A DNA stretch of 64,000 bases from Bacteroidota bacterium (GCA_027482225.1 JAIXWD010000014.1:74719-138718); one strand, 5' to 3'. Shown: positions 21,701 to 31,498, counted from the stretch's first letter. The notes: generated by a model from the letters alone, not told the origin. A program made the numbers and translations.

Positions 21701-23985
21701 TTGATTACCGCATATTAAATGATATTGGAGGTACTCCAGCAACATTAATTAACATAGATAGTATTAAAATAATGGTATCTACAAATTGCGGAAATACATT
21801 TACCCAATTGGCTTTAATTAACGGTAGCAATCATGTTAGCTCTGCTAACCTAGAACGTTACAATGTATCTTTAGGTAGCTTTACCGGTAATGATATTATT
21901 GTTAAAATTGTTTACGACTGGTTTGGAACTACCAATGATGTAATTGTAGATATGGATAACATACGCATAGTTGATGGACAAAACGATGTGGGTGTAACTT
22001 TAGTTAGCAATCCTTGTCGCTCAATAATAGCTGGCAGTGCTGCAATTAATCCGGTGGTAACTATTCGTAACTTTGGTAGTGGTTCACAAAATAATGTACC
22101 TGTTGGTATTTCAATTACCGGACCATCAACATACAACAGTACATCTACATCTGGCACCGTTGCCGCAAGTAGCAATGGTGTTGTTTCTTTTTTAAGCACC
22201 TTTAATCCAAGTGTTGCAGGTACTTACACACTAAGGGCTTGGACTGCATTAGCAACAGATGGTGATAGATCAAACGATACATTGGTATATACTTTTAATG
22301 TAACCAATTTAAACTTAGGTATTGCATCAGTTAACGCAGTGCAGTTCAACGCAAGTTCATCACTAAAGGTTAGAAATGCACCAAACCTAAATCCAACAAG
22401 TGCAATTACAATTGAAGCTTGGATAAACAGAACAACAACTGCCACATGGAGAACCATTGTATCAAAAGATTCTTTATTTGGCATTTATCAATATGGTTTT
22501 GCGGTTAATGCAAATCATAAATTAGAGTTTATATTAAATACAACAAGTGGATTACATCAGTTTACTTCAGTTGATAGTGTTCCATTAGGTTTGAATCACG
22601 TGGCTGCCACATTTAATGGAAGTAATTTCCGCTTTTACGTAAATGGAAATATTTTTACTGATACAACTGTTGCTACCGGAACTATTATTCCTGGAAACTT
22701 TGATTTAACAATTGGTAATGAAGGAGATGCTACTACTGCATTTTTAGGTACAATTGATGAATTGAAAATATGGAATACAGCCCGTTCGGCCAATGACATT
22801 CGTTTGAACATGCACACCAGGTTAGCAAACACGCCAAGCATTAATTTAGCCGCTTACTATCGCTTTGATGAAGGAACAGGAAATACCTTTACTACAGATG
22901 CATCAGGTAATTGTAATACAGCTGTATTTAGTGTGATACCTCCTACTTGGTCTGCTATTCAGTTCCCATTAGGTACACCGGTAGTGGGTACTCAAACCGT
23001 ACCTTTTGATGGTACATTTGCGCTTGGTTCAACAGGACTTAATATGGTATACAGTGGTATGTTTGGAACTGATACCGTTTATGCACACAAATTTAATGGA
23101 CTACCTATTGGAATTAGTCCTGTTACAAATCCGGGTGGAGTTACCAACATACACCCAGGATATTGGATGTTGTACCGTTATGGTAATGGAACAACCACAT
23201 CAACCAATTTACAATTTAACTTGGGTGCAGGTAATTTAAATTCTAATGTAAATGCAGCCGACTTACGTTTATTCTCACGTGGACGTGTAAACTTTGCAGG
23301 TTGGTTATTGGCTAATAACTTAGCTACAAGTGCAGTATTTAATACCCAAACAGTAACCTTTGCTCAATCGCAAAGTATTTATGGCAACCAATTAATGGTA
23401 GGTGCAAATAACAATCCATTACCGGTTGAGTTGCTATTCATTAATGCAAAAGCAAACAAATTAGATGCAATAGTTCGTTGGTCAACTGCATCAGAATATA
23501 ACAGCCGTGGTTTTGCCATTGAGCGTTCTTTTGATGGTACAACATTTACAGAAATTGATTTTGTAAAAGGTGCAGGCAACAGCAAATCAACTTTACAATA
23601 CAGCTACCAAGATGTAGATGTATTTACCCAAACACCTTTGGTTTACTACAGGTTAAAACAAGTTGATGTGGATGGCTCATATACATACAGCGAAGTAGTA
23701 AGTGTAAAACAAGCTGCATCAAACACCGAACAAGTTGTGGTATACCCTAACCCAATTATTAGAGATGTTACTGTTGAGTTAGAAACTTTAAAAGCAGGTA
23801 AAGCAGAAATTATGATTACCGATATTACCGGTAAAATAATTGATAAAACTACTGTTGAAGTAAACCAAGGATTTAACAAATACACACTAAACCAAACACA
23901 AGGTTTAACCCACGGATTGTACATGATTACCATTGTACAAAACGGACAAACCATTTACAACAACAAGTTTGTAAAGGCGAATTAA
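18793..23985 (+). CDS. Large T9SS-secreted protein: N-terminal beta-helix-like region, CARDB-like Ig domains, LamG domain, T9SS CTD
   Basis: NDT-terminated CARDB-like modules, ITIEAWI..HVAATF..IDELKIW LamG motif, PLPVEL and YPNP..YMI..FVK. Confidence 0.85.
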   Translation: MKHNYTTPIFKGRTRKLLLLFSLLFWLLPVQAQIVLNSTSGTTSGNYTTLKAAIDNINNGTHTGVIFITVHGNTTETAGSVLFESGNGGSSYSLVVIRPADTATVNKTIDLGLSGSVLLELNGADNVFIDGRPLSQGTARLLTFTHSNPNASATSGVIRLINGASFVQISHLNSSCLTTAATTASINISLSTSLATTGNRNIAIDNCLITGGVQGINMTGTLANFMDSIFIVKNTILNAQGSSVIVNAVKTLQIDSNVITHNSAFTGWNVFGLNINPNVSGANYLISRNNINNLQTASAAQMAGILVSPGTAGLTVAPVVNLINNNVSLLATNAGLTFARAMQFQGANPAVVNCYHNTFRLGGSGAGTTGNPASIAVAKSNNSTAGTFVFTNNICINTRIGAANPHVGYWNSQATAGINTTDYNTIHGPVFSAIANGFYQGTIGAYRTASLPNEQNSSFGLIDFNNNFDPIVNLNGPNTSGVKLSGTPIVSVPIDMYGTARSTVRPYRGAFESLTQIDTFDIQTVILYTYGKIPIGTDDTIRVLVRNQGTGAVTNHPINLTSTKNGYLGAVNVSLPPAGEAIINMVPYTPFLLGFDTLRAYPNPDQKRSNDTSLWVRENTLNALSYSRPFTAQTGNVGTNPEGEIVAKFYTPVPNFVNQVNVNFTNNFFNGPFPFQVVMYEDSGSNLGPKRVPFWVSATQNTVNGVFNLSIPSVPVSGSFYIGVRQTTANNIGFAFQNENPIRNQTFYFRQGVGFQTLAWNDFAVNPNNQFRFMIEPRLTINDDLGVVDLFAPGAGCVNLGNQPVSVQVQNLGLLNQSFATDTLRILGRVIKPSGNTISFGPILVTSGSLVAGNTLNVTVIPSFNFDSAGAYTFTAWTRFGPDGNAINDTLPPLVRNVFAISNAPIVQDFNATTFPTTWSTNRFFISPTNGVNNTNSIRVGIDNSSPFAANAFIQSPRIGGITANSVLRFDYRILNDIGGTPATLINIDSIKIMVSTNCGNTFTQLALINGSNHVSSANLERYNVSLGSFTGNDIIVKIVYDWFGTTNDVIVDMDNIRIVDGQNDVGVTLVSNPCRSIIAGSAAINPVVTIRNFGSGSQNNVPVGISITGPSTYNSTSTSGTVAASSNGVVSFLSTFNPSVAGTYTLRAWTALATDGDRSNDTLVYTFNVTNLNLGIASVNAVQFNASSSLKVRNAPNLNPTSAITIEAWINRTTTATWRTIVSKDSLFGIYQYGFAVNANHKLEFILNTTSGLHQFTSVDSVPLGLNHVAATFNGSNFRFYVNGNIFTDTTVATGTIIPGNFDLTIGNEGDATTAFLGTIDELKIWNTARSANDIRLNMHTRLANTPSINLAAYYRFDEGTGNTFTTDASGNCNTAVFSVIPPTWSAIQFPLGTPVVGTQTVPFDGTFALGSTGLNMVYSGMFGTDTVYAHKFNGLPIGISPVTNPGGVTNIHPGYWMLYRYGNGTTTSTNLQFNLGAGNLNSNVNAADLRLFSRGRVNFAGWLLANNLATSAVFNTQTVTFAQSQSIYGNQLMVGANNNPLPVELLFINAKANKLDAIVRWSTASEYNSRGFAIERSFDGTTFTEIDFVKGAGNSKSTLQYSYQDVDVFTQTPLVYYRLKQVDVDGSYTYSEVVSVKQAASNTEQVVVYPNPIIRDVTVELETLKAGKAEIMITDITGKIIDKTTVEVNQGFNKYTLNQTQGLTHGLYMITIVQNGQTIYNNKFVKAN

Positions 23986-24005
23986 GATTAAAATTTTAGA
24001 GAATA

Positions 24006-24045
24006 TAAAACGGGCGAACCACATTTTTGTGGTTCGCCTTTTTTT
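24006..24045 (+). terminator. Intrinsic terminator
   Basis: ggcgaaccaca-tttt-tgtggttcgcc plus T run. Confidence 0.8.
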
Positions 24046-24048
24046 GTT

Positions 24049-24115
24049 TTAATGATTAATTAGTAGAAACTTAACATACTTTTTACGTTAATAGAAGGGT
24101 GGCCCATTAGGTTTG
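24049..24115 (+). promoter_or_regulatory. 11-bp-period TTAAC-like repeats plus -7 box TAGGTTTG
   Basis: ttaat 24049, ttagt 24060, ttaac 24071, tttac 24082; taggtttg 24108-24115. Confidence 0.55.
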
Positions 24116-24124
24116 CATACCGAA

Positions 24125-25096
24125 ATGGAGATACAAAACAGAAAGTCGTTTATTAAAACACTTGGTATTTTAACAGCCGGAACATTTGTTAACCCCTTAT
24201 TGGCTGAAGGTAAAAACAACATTACAAGCCAAAATTTAAGCTCAACCGCATCAAAGAAAAAGCGGGTACTAAGGGTAGCCCACCTAACAGATATCCATAT
24301 AAAACCTGATAAAATTGCAGAACAAGGTCTTGCTGAAGCATTGAATCAGGTAAATACAATGGCCGATAAACCAGATTTTATTATAAACGGTGGAGATACA
24401 ATTATGAATGCTGGTGCCATTTCTAAACCATTGGTAAAAGAACAATGGGCTTGTTTTCACAAACTAAATCTAGCTTATAATAAAATACCTATGCACCACT
24501 GTATAGGCAACCACGATTTGTTTGGATGGGCGCTACCGGGTACCAATAAAAATGATGGAAAAAAATGGGCATTAGATGAATACCAATTATCAAATCCTTA
24601 TTATTCTTTTTTAAAAAATGGTTGGAAGTTTATCATTTTAGATAGTATACACCCAAGAAAAAGTGTCCCGGGATATTTTGGAAAATTGGATGAAGAACAA
24701 TTAAATTGGCTTGAGAACGAACTTGCCCAAGCCAAAGACAAAAATATATGTGTAGTAACTCACATCCCAATCTTGGCAGTTTGTACATTATTTGATAGCA
24801 GTAAATTACACCACAACAGTTGGTTTGTACCAGATAATACTTTACATGCAGATGCATATCAACTGAGGGATTTATTTTTTAAATATAAAAACGTTAAAGC
24901 TTGCCTGAGCGGACACATCCATTTAATTGATTATGTTAATTACTTGGGAACAGATTATTATTGCAATGGTGCCGTTTCTGGAGCATGGTGGAAAGGTGAT
25001 CACCAACAATTTTCTCCATCTTTCATTATAATGAACTTTTATGATGATGGAACTTCGGAAAGAGAAATACACTATTACAATTGGAAAATGGCCTAG
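24125..25096 (+). CDS. Calcineurin-like metallophosphoesterase with Tat-like signal (ORF track starts at 24113)
   Basis: NRKSFIK, DIH, GGD, GNHD, GHIH motifs; ATG 24125 lies downstream of the -7 box. Confidence 0.88.
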   Translation: MEIQNRKSFIKTLGILTAGTFVNPLLAEGKNNITSQNLSSTASKKKRVLRVAHLTDIHIKPDKIAEQGLAEALNQVNTMADKPDFIINGGDTIMNAGAISKPLVKEQWACFHKLNLAYNKIPMHHCIGNHDLFGWALPGTNKNDGKKWALDEYQLSNPYYSFLKNGWKFIILDSIHPRKSVPGYFGKLDEEQLNWLENELAQAKDKNICVVTHIPILAVCTLFDSSKLHHNSWFVPDNTLHADAYQLRDLFFKYKNVKACLSGHIHLIDYVNYLGTDYYCNGAVSGAWWKGDHQQFSPSFIIMNFYDDGTSEREIHYYNWKMA

Positions 25097-25244
25097 TTTA
25101 TTAAATTTCGTATGCTTCTATCTGTTTGTTAGCTTAAAGGTATTCCTTCAAATTTATTGTTGCTGTATAATTTTGGTTTACATAATTTAAAAGACAAAAT
25201 ACAAATAGCCCCCACTAAATATCTATATTTTTGGGAGCATTCCA

Positions 25245-25282
25245 CCACCTGGTCCCAAAACTTCGGGACGAACCAGGCACCT
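25245..25282 (-). repeat. Partial copy of the tRNA 3' half interrupted by a short hairpin
   Basis: ccacctgg-[tcccaaaacttcggga]-cgaaccaggcacct vs tRNA ccacctgg-aat-cgaaccaggcacct. Confidence 0.75.
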
Positions 25283-25294
25283 GGATTTTTCAAA

Positions 25295-25326
25295 CAAAAA
25301 AGCCCCAACTTGCGTTGAGGCTATTT
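25295..25326 (-). terminator. Terminator of the tRNA gene
   Basis: aaaaaagccccaac-ttgc-gttgaggct. Confidence 0.7.
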
Positions 25327-25328
25327 AG

Positions 25329-25402
25329 TGGGCCCACCTGGAATCGAACCAGGCACCTACTGATTATGAGTCAGTTGCTCTAACCGAATGAGCTATAGGC
25401 CC
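25329..25402 (-). tRNA. tRNA with CAT anticodon, most likely tRNA-Ile2 (lysidine); CCA not encoded
   Basis: GGGCCTATAGCTCATTCGGTTAGAGCAACTGACTCATAATCAGTAGGTGCCTGGTTCGATTCCAGGTGGGCCCA folds as a cloverleaf. Confidence 0.93.
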
Positions 25403-25464
25403 AAGATTTAAATTGCTATAAATCTATTTCCTTTTAAAGGAATGCAAACATATATTTTTGTATC

Positions 25465-26124
25465 TTGTTATACAAGTATCAAATGACAAAAATTACAACA
25501 ATTATTTTCGACCTTGGGGGTGTGATACTTAACTTAGATCAGGACCGAACTTTACGTGCATTTAAAAGGTTAGGCGTTGATTTGGAGGACATCAATGAAA
25601 TGTCGACTATATTTTCTGATTTTGAAGTGGGTAAAATAAATGCCAATGATTTTAGACAAGCCATTATGACCCACCTAAAAGGTAATGCTACTAAAAGTGA
25701 AATTGATTCAGCATGGAATGCCATGTTGTTAGACCTTCCTACTGAAAGGTTAACCTACTTGAAATTTCTACGAAAAAACTTTAATGTGCACTTGCTTAGC
25801 AACACAAACTCCATTCATATTGATGCGTTTAATAAATATTTACTTGATGAACACCCAAATTTAGATTGGTACGCCCAGTTTGATAAAGTTTATTACAGCT
25901 ACGAAATTGGATTAAGAAAACCTAATAAAGACATTTATGAATTTGTAATTCAAGAAAACAATTTAAAGCCTCACGAATGTTTATTTATTGACGATTTAAA
26001 AGCCAACTTAAATGGTGCTGGTCATGTGGGTATGCACACCATTTGGGCAAAAAATCCTTTAGACGAAAATATGTTGATGGAAATACGAAGCTTGGTGGCA
26101 GATTTTACTGCCAGCATGAACTAG
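25465..26124 (+). CDS. HAD family phosphatase (YihX-like)
   Basis: FDLGGV, LSNTN, RKP, FIDD. Confidence 0.9.
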   Translation: MLYKYQMTKITTIIFDLGGVILNLDQDRTLRAFKRLGVDLEDINEMSTIFSDFEVGKINANDFRQAIMTHLKGNATKSEIDSAWNAMLLDLPTERLTYLKFLRKNFNVHLLSNTNSIHIDAFNKYLLDEHPNLDWYAQFDKVYYSYEIGLRKPNKDIYEFVIQENNLKPHECLFIDDLKANLNGAGHVGMHTIWAKNPLDENMLMEIRSLVADFTASMN

Positions 26125-26369
26125 GCTTTTGTATCGGTTTGAGGTGTTTCTTCCTTTGCACCACGTTTGTAAATAATCAACCCATTTAAAAAATTACGTA
26201 AAATTTGGTCGCCCATGGGTTTAAAATTAGGGTGATCCTCGCTGCGAAAAAACGCAGTTAACTCTGTTGTTGTTACCTTAAAATCAACCAACTTTAAAAT
26301 CTCTACAATATGCTCGTTACGCAAATGAAGCGCAACGCGTAATTTTTTTATAATGTCGTTATTGCTCAT
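26121..26369 (-). CDS. DUF1456 (YehS-like) protein
   Basis: MSNNDIIKKLRVAL..DQILRNFLNGLI. Confidence 0.85.
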   Translation of the reverse strand: MSNNDIIKKLRVALHLRNEHIVEILKLVDFKVTTTELTAFFRSEDHPNFKPMGDQILRNFLNGLIIYKRGAKEETPQTDTKA

Positions 26370-26373
26370 CGTT

Positions 26374-27675
26374 TTATTTTTTGACCTTATCGTTCATTAA
26401 CAACTTGACGTAAAACAGTGGATTGCGCAACTTAGCTCGCAAATCTAAGTCTTCAAACATACAACTAATGGTTTCGCGAAGTGCTTTGTTTTTGTGTGCT
26501 TTGTTTACCACAAAATTAAATAACCAAGGGAACTTAACCAGCTTTTGCATGGTATGACTCAGTTTTAACTCATCCCATTGGCGGGCGTAAAAAGCATCGT
26601 CATATTGTTTTAAAAATGCAGCATCAAACCTGTTTTGTTTTACTGCCTCAGCAATTTGGGTAGCAGCCATCATACCGCTATACAATGCGTTTCCAATACC
26701 TTCACCCGTAAATGGATCAATCAACGAACCGGCATCACCTACCAATAAAAAACCTGCACCACTAACTGGTCTTTTTTTACTACCCAATGGTAAACCCCAG
26801 CCTTGAATTTTACCGTGCAACTTCGCATTTTTAAATCGGGCACTAATTGCAGGATTATTTTCAATGGCCTTAAGCATATCAGCTTTAAGGTTTACTTTTC
26901 GCTTGCTTACCTCGCTGCTTAACATACCAGCCCCAATATTGGCCATGCCATTGGGTAAAGGAAAAATCCAGAAGTAACCTGGAAGCATTTCAGGTAAAAA
27001 ATGTAATTCAATAAAGTTTTGCGAATGCATGCCTTCAACTCCCTCGTAATAAGCACGGATTCCAGCACAATAGTGGTCGTTTTCTTTTTTATTAGGTGAT
27101 AATTTTTTCGAAACTACGCTCCTATCTCCTTCTGCACCTACCAGTAGTTTTATGTTTTTTAATATTTGGGTTGAGTTGTCTTTAACGATGGTAACGTCAA
27201 ACAAATCTTTGTTTCTGGTAATATCGGTAACCTCTGTTCCATCTAACACAGTAGCATAGTTTCTATCTAAACGTTTAAACAACTCGTTGTCAAAATCAAT
27301 GCGTTTACTGATAAAGCCAGGAGGGTATTTCTCCTTACTCATGTCTTGTTTAAAAGGAATATCAATAGCCTTACCATTTGGAGCAACAAACTTCACTCCC
27401 CAACTCTCTATAAACTGTTCCTTTTGTTTATCAAAGGCAGGAATAATAGAAGGGTCCAATTGATTAAGCACGTATACCGTTTTGCCACTCAATGCATCGC
27501 CACACACTTTATCGCGCGGAAAAACAGCCTTATCTATGATGGTATGAGGTATTTTGTGTTTTGATAAAAACAAAGAAGTAGCGCATCCACCAGGACCCGC
27601 TCCTATGATTACAATTGAACTTGCGTTTAATTCCATGAACTGCAATGATAACAAATACAGCACTAAACTTTGCAT
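26374..27675 (-). CDS. Geranylgeranyl reductase-family FAD oxidoreductase
   Basis: IIGAGPGG, FPRDKVCGD, GYFWIFP, GDAGSLIDPFTGEGI. Confidence 0.88.
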   Translation of the reverse strand: MQSLVLYLLSLQFMELNASSIVIIGAGPGGCATSLFLSKHKIPHTIIDKAVFPRDKVCGDALSGKTVYVLNQLDPSIIPAFDKQKEQFIESWGVKFVAPNGKAIDIPFKQDMSKEKYPPGFISKRIDFDNELFKRLDRNYATVLDGTEVTDITRNKDLFDVTIVKDNSTQILKNIKLLVGAEGDRSVVSKKLSPNKKENDHYCAGIRAYYEGVEGMHSQNFIELHFLPEMLPGYFWIFPLPNGMANIGAGMLSSEVSKRKVNLKADMLKAIENNPAISARFKNAKLHGKIQGWGLPLGSKKRPVSGAGFLLVGDAGSLIDPFTGEGIGNALYSGMMAATQIAEAVKQNRFDAAFLKQYDDAFYARQWDELKLSHTMQKLVKFPWLFNFVVNKAHKNKALRETISCMFEDLDLRAKLRNPLFYVKLLMNDKVKK

Positions 27676-27735
27676 ACCAAGTTGCAGTAATTATTCAATA
27701 GGTTAGAAAATATTACACATAACCACCACCTTCAA

Positions 27736-27928
27736 TTTTTTAACGCAGAGGGTTGTGAACAGACTTACGATAATTTGAGTGTAGTCGCTCACAAAATTGA
27801 GAGAACGCAGTACAAAGCTTTCGGCATAAGGGAGTCATGAGGTCAGGACGCTTAAAAGCGTCAGACCTCAGGGAGTTTTAGTAAAATTATAATCAACCGT
27901 ACTGACGCTTAATGCGTCTGACGGTTTT
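27736..27928 (-). repeat. Dispersed REP-like repeat, copy B (inverted relative to 3930-4122)
   Basis: gaggtcaggacgcttaaaagcgtcagacctc and ccgtactgacgcttaatgcgtctgacgg hairpins. Confidence 0.85.
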
Positions 27929-28042
27929 CTCCATTTGTAAATTAATGTTTAAACTAAGCAATCTTTTGGGGTTATTGCAGCATAGGATTTGTAATAGGGC
28001 AATCATTTCGAGAAGTGGAATTTTCAGGTAATTAATTTTTAC

Positions 28043-28200
28043 TCACTCCTATTCTCGATACAACCCGAGTACTCGGGTCACTCGAACAGGCTGAAACTTT
28101 GCAAAACAAACTGCTGTACACTTCCGCGTTTTATTTGAGCCAATTAAATTGCGAAGCAACCTCAGCGTACCCAGCTATCCTGCGTTTAAACTTTATGAGC
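28043..28200 (+). repeat. Second dispersed repeat family (inverted copy at ~36437-36612)
   Basis: ttctcgatac..cactcgaacaggct..agccaattaaattgc..caacctcagcgt..ctgcgtttaaac shared with the reverse complement of 36437-36612. Confidence 0.8.
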
Positions 28201-28496
28201 GCTTTCCGCGAGCAACCGGTCATTAAACAGCTTATCAACCTGTTAACCAATCAAGCCAAAACCAACAAAGATATTGTCAGTTTTTTAACCAATTAATTCA
28301 TAAATTTTCCTTAAGCCAGTAATAGTATAGGCATACCTTCTAGAGGTTATAATCAACATCTTCAATCTAAAACCAAAGTACATCAGGCAATTACATTTTT
28401 AACATCAACCCAAACCAATAAAACAAAACCAAATCGCTTAGCAAAGTTTAAGCGCCAATATGGCAATGGCTTGATTTTTGGTTAATTTCGCTGCAC

Positions 28497-28994
28497 ATGA
28501 AAGTTGAATTTAATCAATTACCCGATCATGCCCGAGTTTGGGTTTACGCAGCATCAAACCCCTTATCACCTAGCGAAAAGTCAGTGATACAAGCAGATGC
28601 AGATAAGTTTACCGAACAATGGACTGCACATCAAATGCCACTTAAAGCATCGTTCAGTATTTTGAATGACCTGTTTTTAGTATTTGCAGTAGATATTGCC
28701 CACCACGATATTAGTGGCTGTGGTATAGATAAATCAGTGCACTTGGTGCAGCAATGGGAACAACAATTAAATATCCCTTTGTTTAATCGTTTACAACTTG
28801 AGTTTGAATTAAACGGTAAAATTGAAGTAGCAACTAAAGCCAGAGTGGCAGAATTATTAAGTAACGGAACAATATCAGCACAAACTGTGTTTTATAACAA
28901 AGCAGTTTTACATGTGGGTGAGTTGCGCGCCAATTTCCGTATTCCATTAAAAGATAATTGGATCTACAAACAAATATCCAAACAAACGGCTTAA
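28497..28994 (+). CDS. Conserved Bacteroidota hypothetical protein
   Basis: RVWVY, WTAH, SGCGIDKSV motifs; no Walker motif visible. Confidence 0.7.
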   Translation: MKVEFNQLPDHARVWVYAASNPLSPSEKSVIQADADKFTEQWTAHQMPLKASFSILNDLFLVFAVDIAHHDISGCGIDKSVHLVQQWEQQLNIPLFNRLQLEFELNGKIEVATKARVAELLSNGTISAQTVFYNKAVLHVGELRANFRIPLKDNWIYKQISKQTA

Positions 28995-29066
28995 TGTTGG
29001 TTAAAACACAAAATGTAAGTAATCTTGCTTAATATTACAGATAATAAAAATAACACAAGAATATAA

Positions 29067-31103
29067 ATGGCTGATATCGAACCAAACAACCAAAGTCCAC
29101 AGGAACCAACCCCAGGACCACGTAAACCTAAAGTACCTCAAATGCCCAAGTTTAATTTTTATTGGATATACGGGATTATTTTTGCCGTATTTCTTGGCAT
29201 ACAACTCATGCCACATGATGTTGCACTAAAAACCACATGGTTTCGTGTGCAAAGCGACATGATTATGGCAAATAGTGTAGAAAAAATAACCATTGTTAAT
29301 GAAAAACGTGCAGAGGTTACATTAAAAAAAGAAGCCCTTAATGGTGAAAAATTTAAAGACCTAAAAGATCGCAGCCTTTTTGGAGAAGATATTGGTCCGC
29401 ACTATTATTTTGAAATTGGTGATGTAACACAATTTCGTGCAGATTTAAAAGATGCGGAATTGGAATACGCTAAACGTAATCCTGGTCTTAACATACAAAT
29501 ACCAGTTGAATACACAACACAACACAATTATTTTGGCGATATATTAGGATGGATTTTACCATTTTTATTGTTGCTAGGGTTATGGATGTTTTTGATGCGC
29601 AAAATGGGCAGTGGTGGTGCAGGAGGAGGACAATTGTTTAACATTGGAAAATCTAAAGCAACACTTTTTGATAAAGAAAGCCTGGTAAAGATTACATTTA
29701 AAGATGTTGCGGGATTAGATGAAGCCAAAGTGGAAATTATGGAAATTGTTGATTTCCTTAAAAATCCCAAAAAATATACCAACCTAGGAGGTAAAATCCC
29801 TAAAGGCGCTTTATTGGTTGGCCCTCCGGGTACAGGTAAAACCTTATTGGCAAAAGCCGTTGCAGGCGAAGCCGGTGTGCCTTTTTTCTCATTATCAGGT
29901 TCTGATTTTGTGGAGATGTTTGTTGGTGTTGGAGCAAGTCGCGTACGCGATTTATTCCGCCAAGCAAAAGAAAAAGCACCTTGCATTATTTTCATTGATG
30001 AGATAGATGCCGTTGGCCGAGCACGTGGTCGTAATATGGTACAAGGTGGTAATGATGAACGTGAGAATACCTTAAACCAATTATTAACCGAAATGGATGG
30101 TTTCTCTACCGATTCAGGTGTGATTATTTTAGCCGCAACCAACCGTCCTGATATTTTAGATGCAGCATTGTTGCGTCCGGGTCGTTTTGATAGACAAATT
30201 TCAATTGACAAACCAGACTTAGCAGGTCGTGCGGAAATATTTAAAGTGCATTTAAAACCACTAAAATTAAATGCAGATGTAAGTGCAGATCGCTTATCAA
30301 CCCAAACTGCTGGTTTTGCGGGTGCAGAAATTGCCAACGTGTGTAACGAAGCTGCGCTAATAGCTGCACGTAAAAACAAAACTGAAATCGACATGCAAGA
30401 TTTTCAGGATGCAGTTGATCGTGTAATTGGGGGATTGGAAAAGAAGAATAAAATTATTTCGCCTGAAGAAAAAGAAATTATTGCTTACCACGAAAGTGGA
30501 CACGCCATTGTTGGTTGGTTCTTAAAGGATCTTGACCCGTTAGTAAAAGTTAGTATTGTACCTCGTGGTGTTGCAGCATTAGGTTATGCGCAATACTTGC
30601 CAAAAGACCAATACCTATATACCACCGAACAAATGGAAAACATGATGTGCATGACCTTAGGTGGACGTGTAGCAGAAGACATTGTATTTGGAAGAGTAAG
30701 TACGGGAGCACAAAATGATTTGGAACGTATTACACGTATGGCTTACGCTATGGTTACCATTTATGGTATGAATAGTAATGTAGGTAATGTAAGTTTCCAC
30801 GACCCAAATAACGAGTATGGATTTACAAAACCATACAGCGATAAAACAGCTGAGATGATTGATGTTGAAGTACGCAAACAAATTGATGCTTGCTATCAAA
30901 AAACCAAAGTATTACTGCTCGAAAAACGTGATAAATTAGAAGAGCTATCGCAAATTTTATTGAAACGTGAAATTTTATTCCAACACGATTTGGAAGAAAT
31001 TTTAGGCAAACGTCCGTTTGATGCAGTGAAGGAAGAAACTCCTTTAGAAATAACAGCAGCAGAAGAAACACACGAAAAACTAGATACAGAAACACACGAA
31101 TAG
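29067..31103 (+). CDS. ftsH: ATP-dependent zinc metalloprotease FtsH
   Basis: Two TMs, GPPGTGKT, IFIDEID, SRH, HESGH. Confidence 0.97.
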   Translation: MADIEPNNQSPQEPTPGPRKPKVPQMPKFNFYWIYGIIFAVFLGIQLMPHDVALKTTWFRVQSDMIMANSVEKITIVNEKRAEVTLKKEALNGEKFKDLKDRSLFGEDIGPHYYFEIGDVTQFRADLKDAELEYAKRNPGLNIQIPVEYTTQHNYFGDILGWILPFLLLLGLWMFLMRKMGSGGAGGGQLFNIGKSKATLFDKESLVKITFKDVAGLDEAKVEIMEIVDFLKNPKKYTNLGGKIPKGALLVGPPGTGKTLLAKAVAGEAGVPFFSLSGSDFVEMFVGVGASRVRDLFRQAKEKAPCIIFIDEIDAVGRARGRNMVQGGNDERENTLNQLLTEMDGFSTDSGVIILAATNRPDILDAALLRPGRFDRQISIDKPDLAGRAEIFKVHLKPLKLNADVSADRLSTQTAGFAGAEIANVCNEAALIAARKNKTEIDMQDFQDAVDRVIGGLEKKNKIISPEEKEIIAYHESGHAIVGWFLKDLDPLVKVSIVPRGVAALGYAQYLPKDQYLYTTEQMENMMCMTLGGRVAEDIVFGRVSTGAQNDLERITRMAYAMVTIYGMNSNVGNVSFHDPNNEYGFTKPYSDKTAEMIDVEVRKQIDACYQKTKVLLLEKRDKLEELSQILLKREILFQHDLEEILGKRPFDAVKEETPLEITAAEETHEKLDTETHE

Positions 31104-31122
31104 TACGTTTCATAACAAATAT

Positions 31123-31161
31123 AAAATCCCTCCATAGCGAAAGCTGTTGGGGGATTTTTTG
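31123..31161 (+). terminator. ftsH terminator
   Basis: aaaatccctccatagc-gaaa-gctgttgggggattttt. Confidence 0.8.
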
Positions 31162-31498
31162 TTTAGTGATTTACAATAAAAATAAAAATGTTGGAGCGAT
31201 AATAGTTTTGGGGCTTACCATAAAGCACACACAACACAAGCAAAACACAAAAATTATAGCCGAATATAGTTTCAAAATATTAGCCTTATTACAATATCAT
31301 ATAAATTTTAGTAAGTTTGAGTTTCGCTAACAAGCAAGTTAACATCATTTAGAAAGAAAGATATTTTTTCAAAATAGTTGAATGAGCCTTTCAATTATGT
31401 CAGAATAAAAATTACGCTACCATAATACATCATAACTAAAACTAAGCGATAAGTTTACACCTGAAAAATGGTTTCTTGCTTAAATTCTTTTAGCATGT

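Noticed and set aside
29528..30394. 288-aa antisense ORF, and other antisense ORFs such as 5335-5859 and 8653-9066
   Set aside because: Shadow frames of well-supported genes on the opposite strand.
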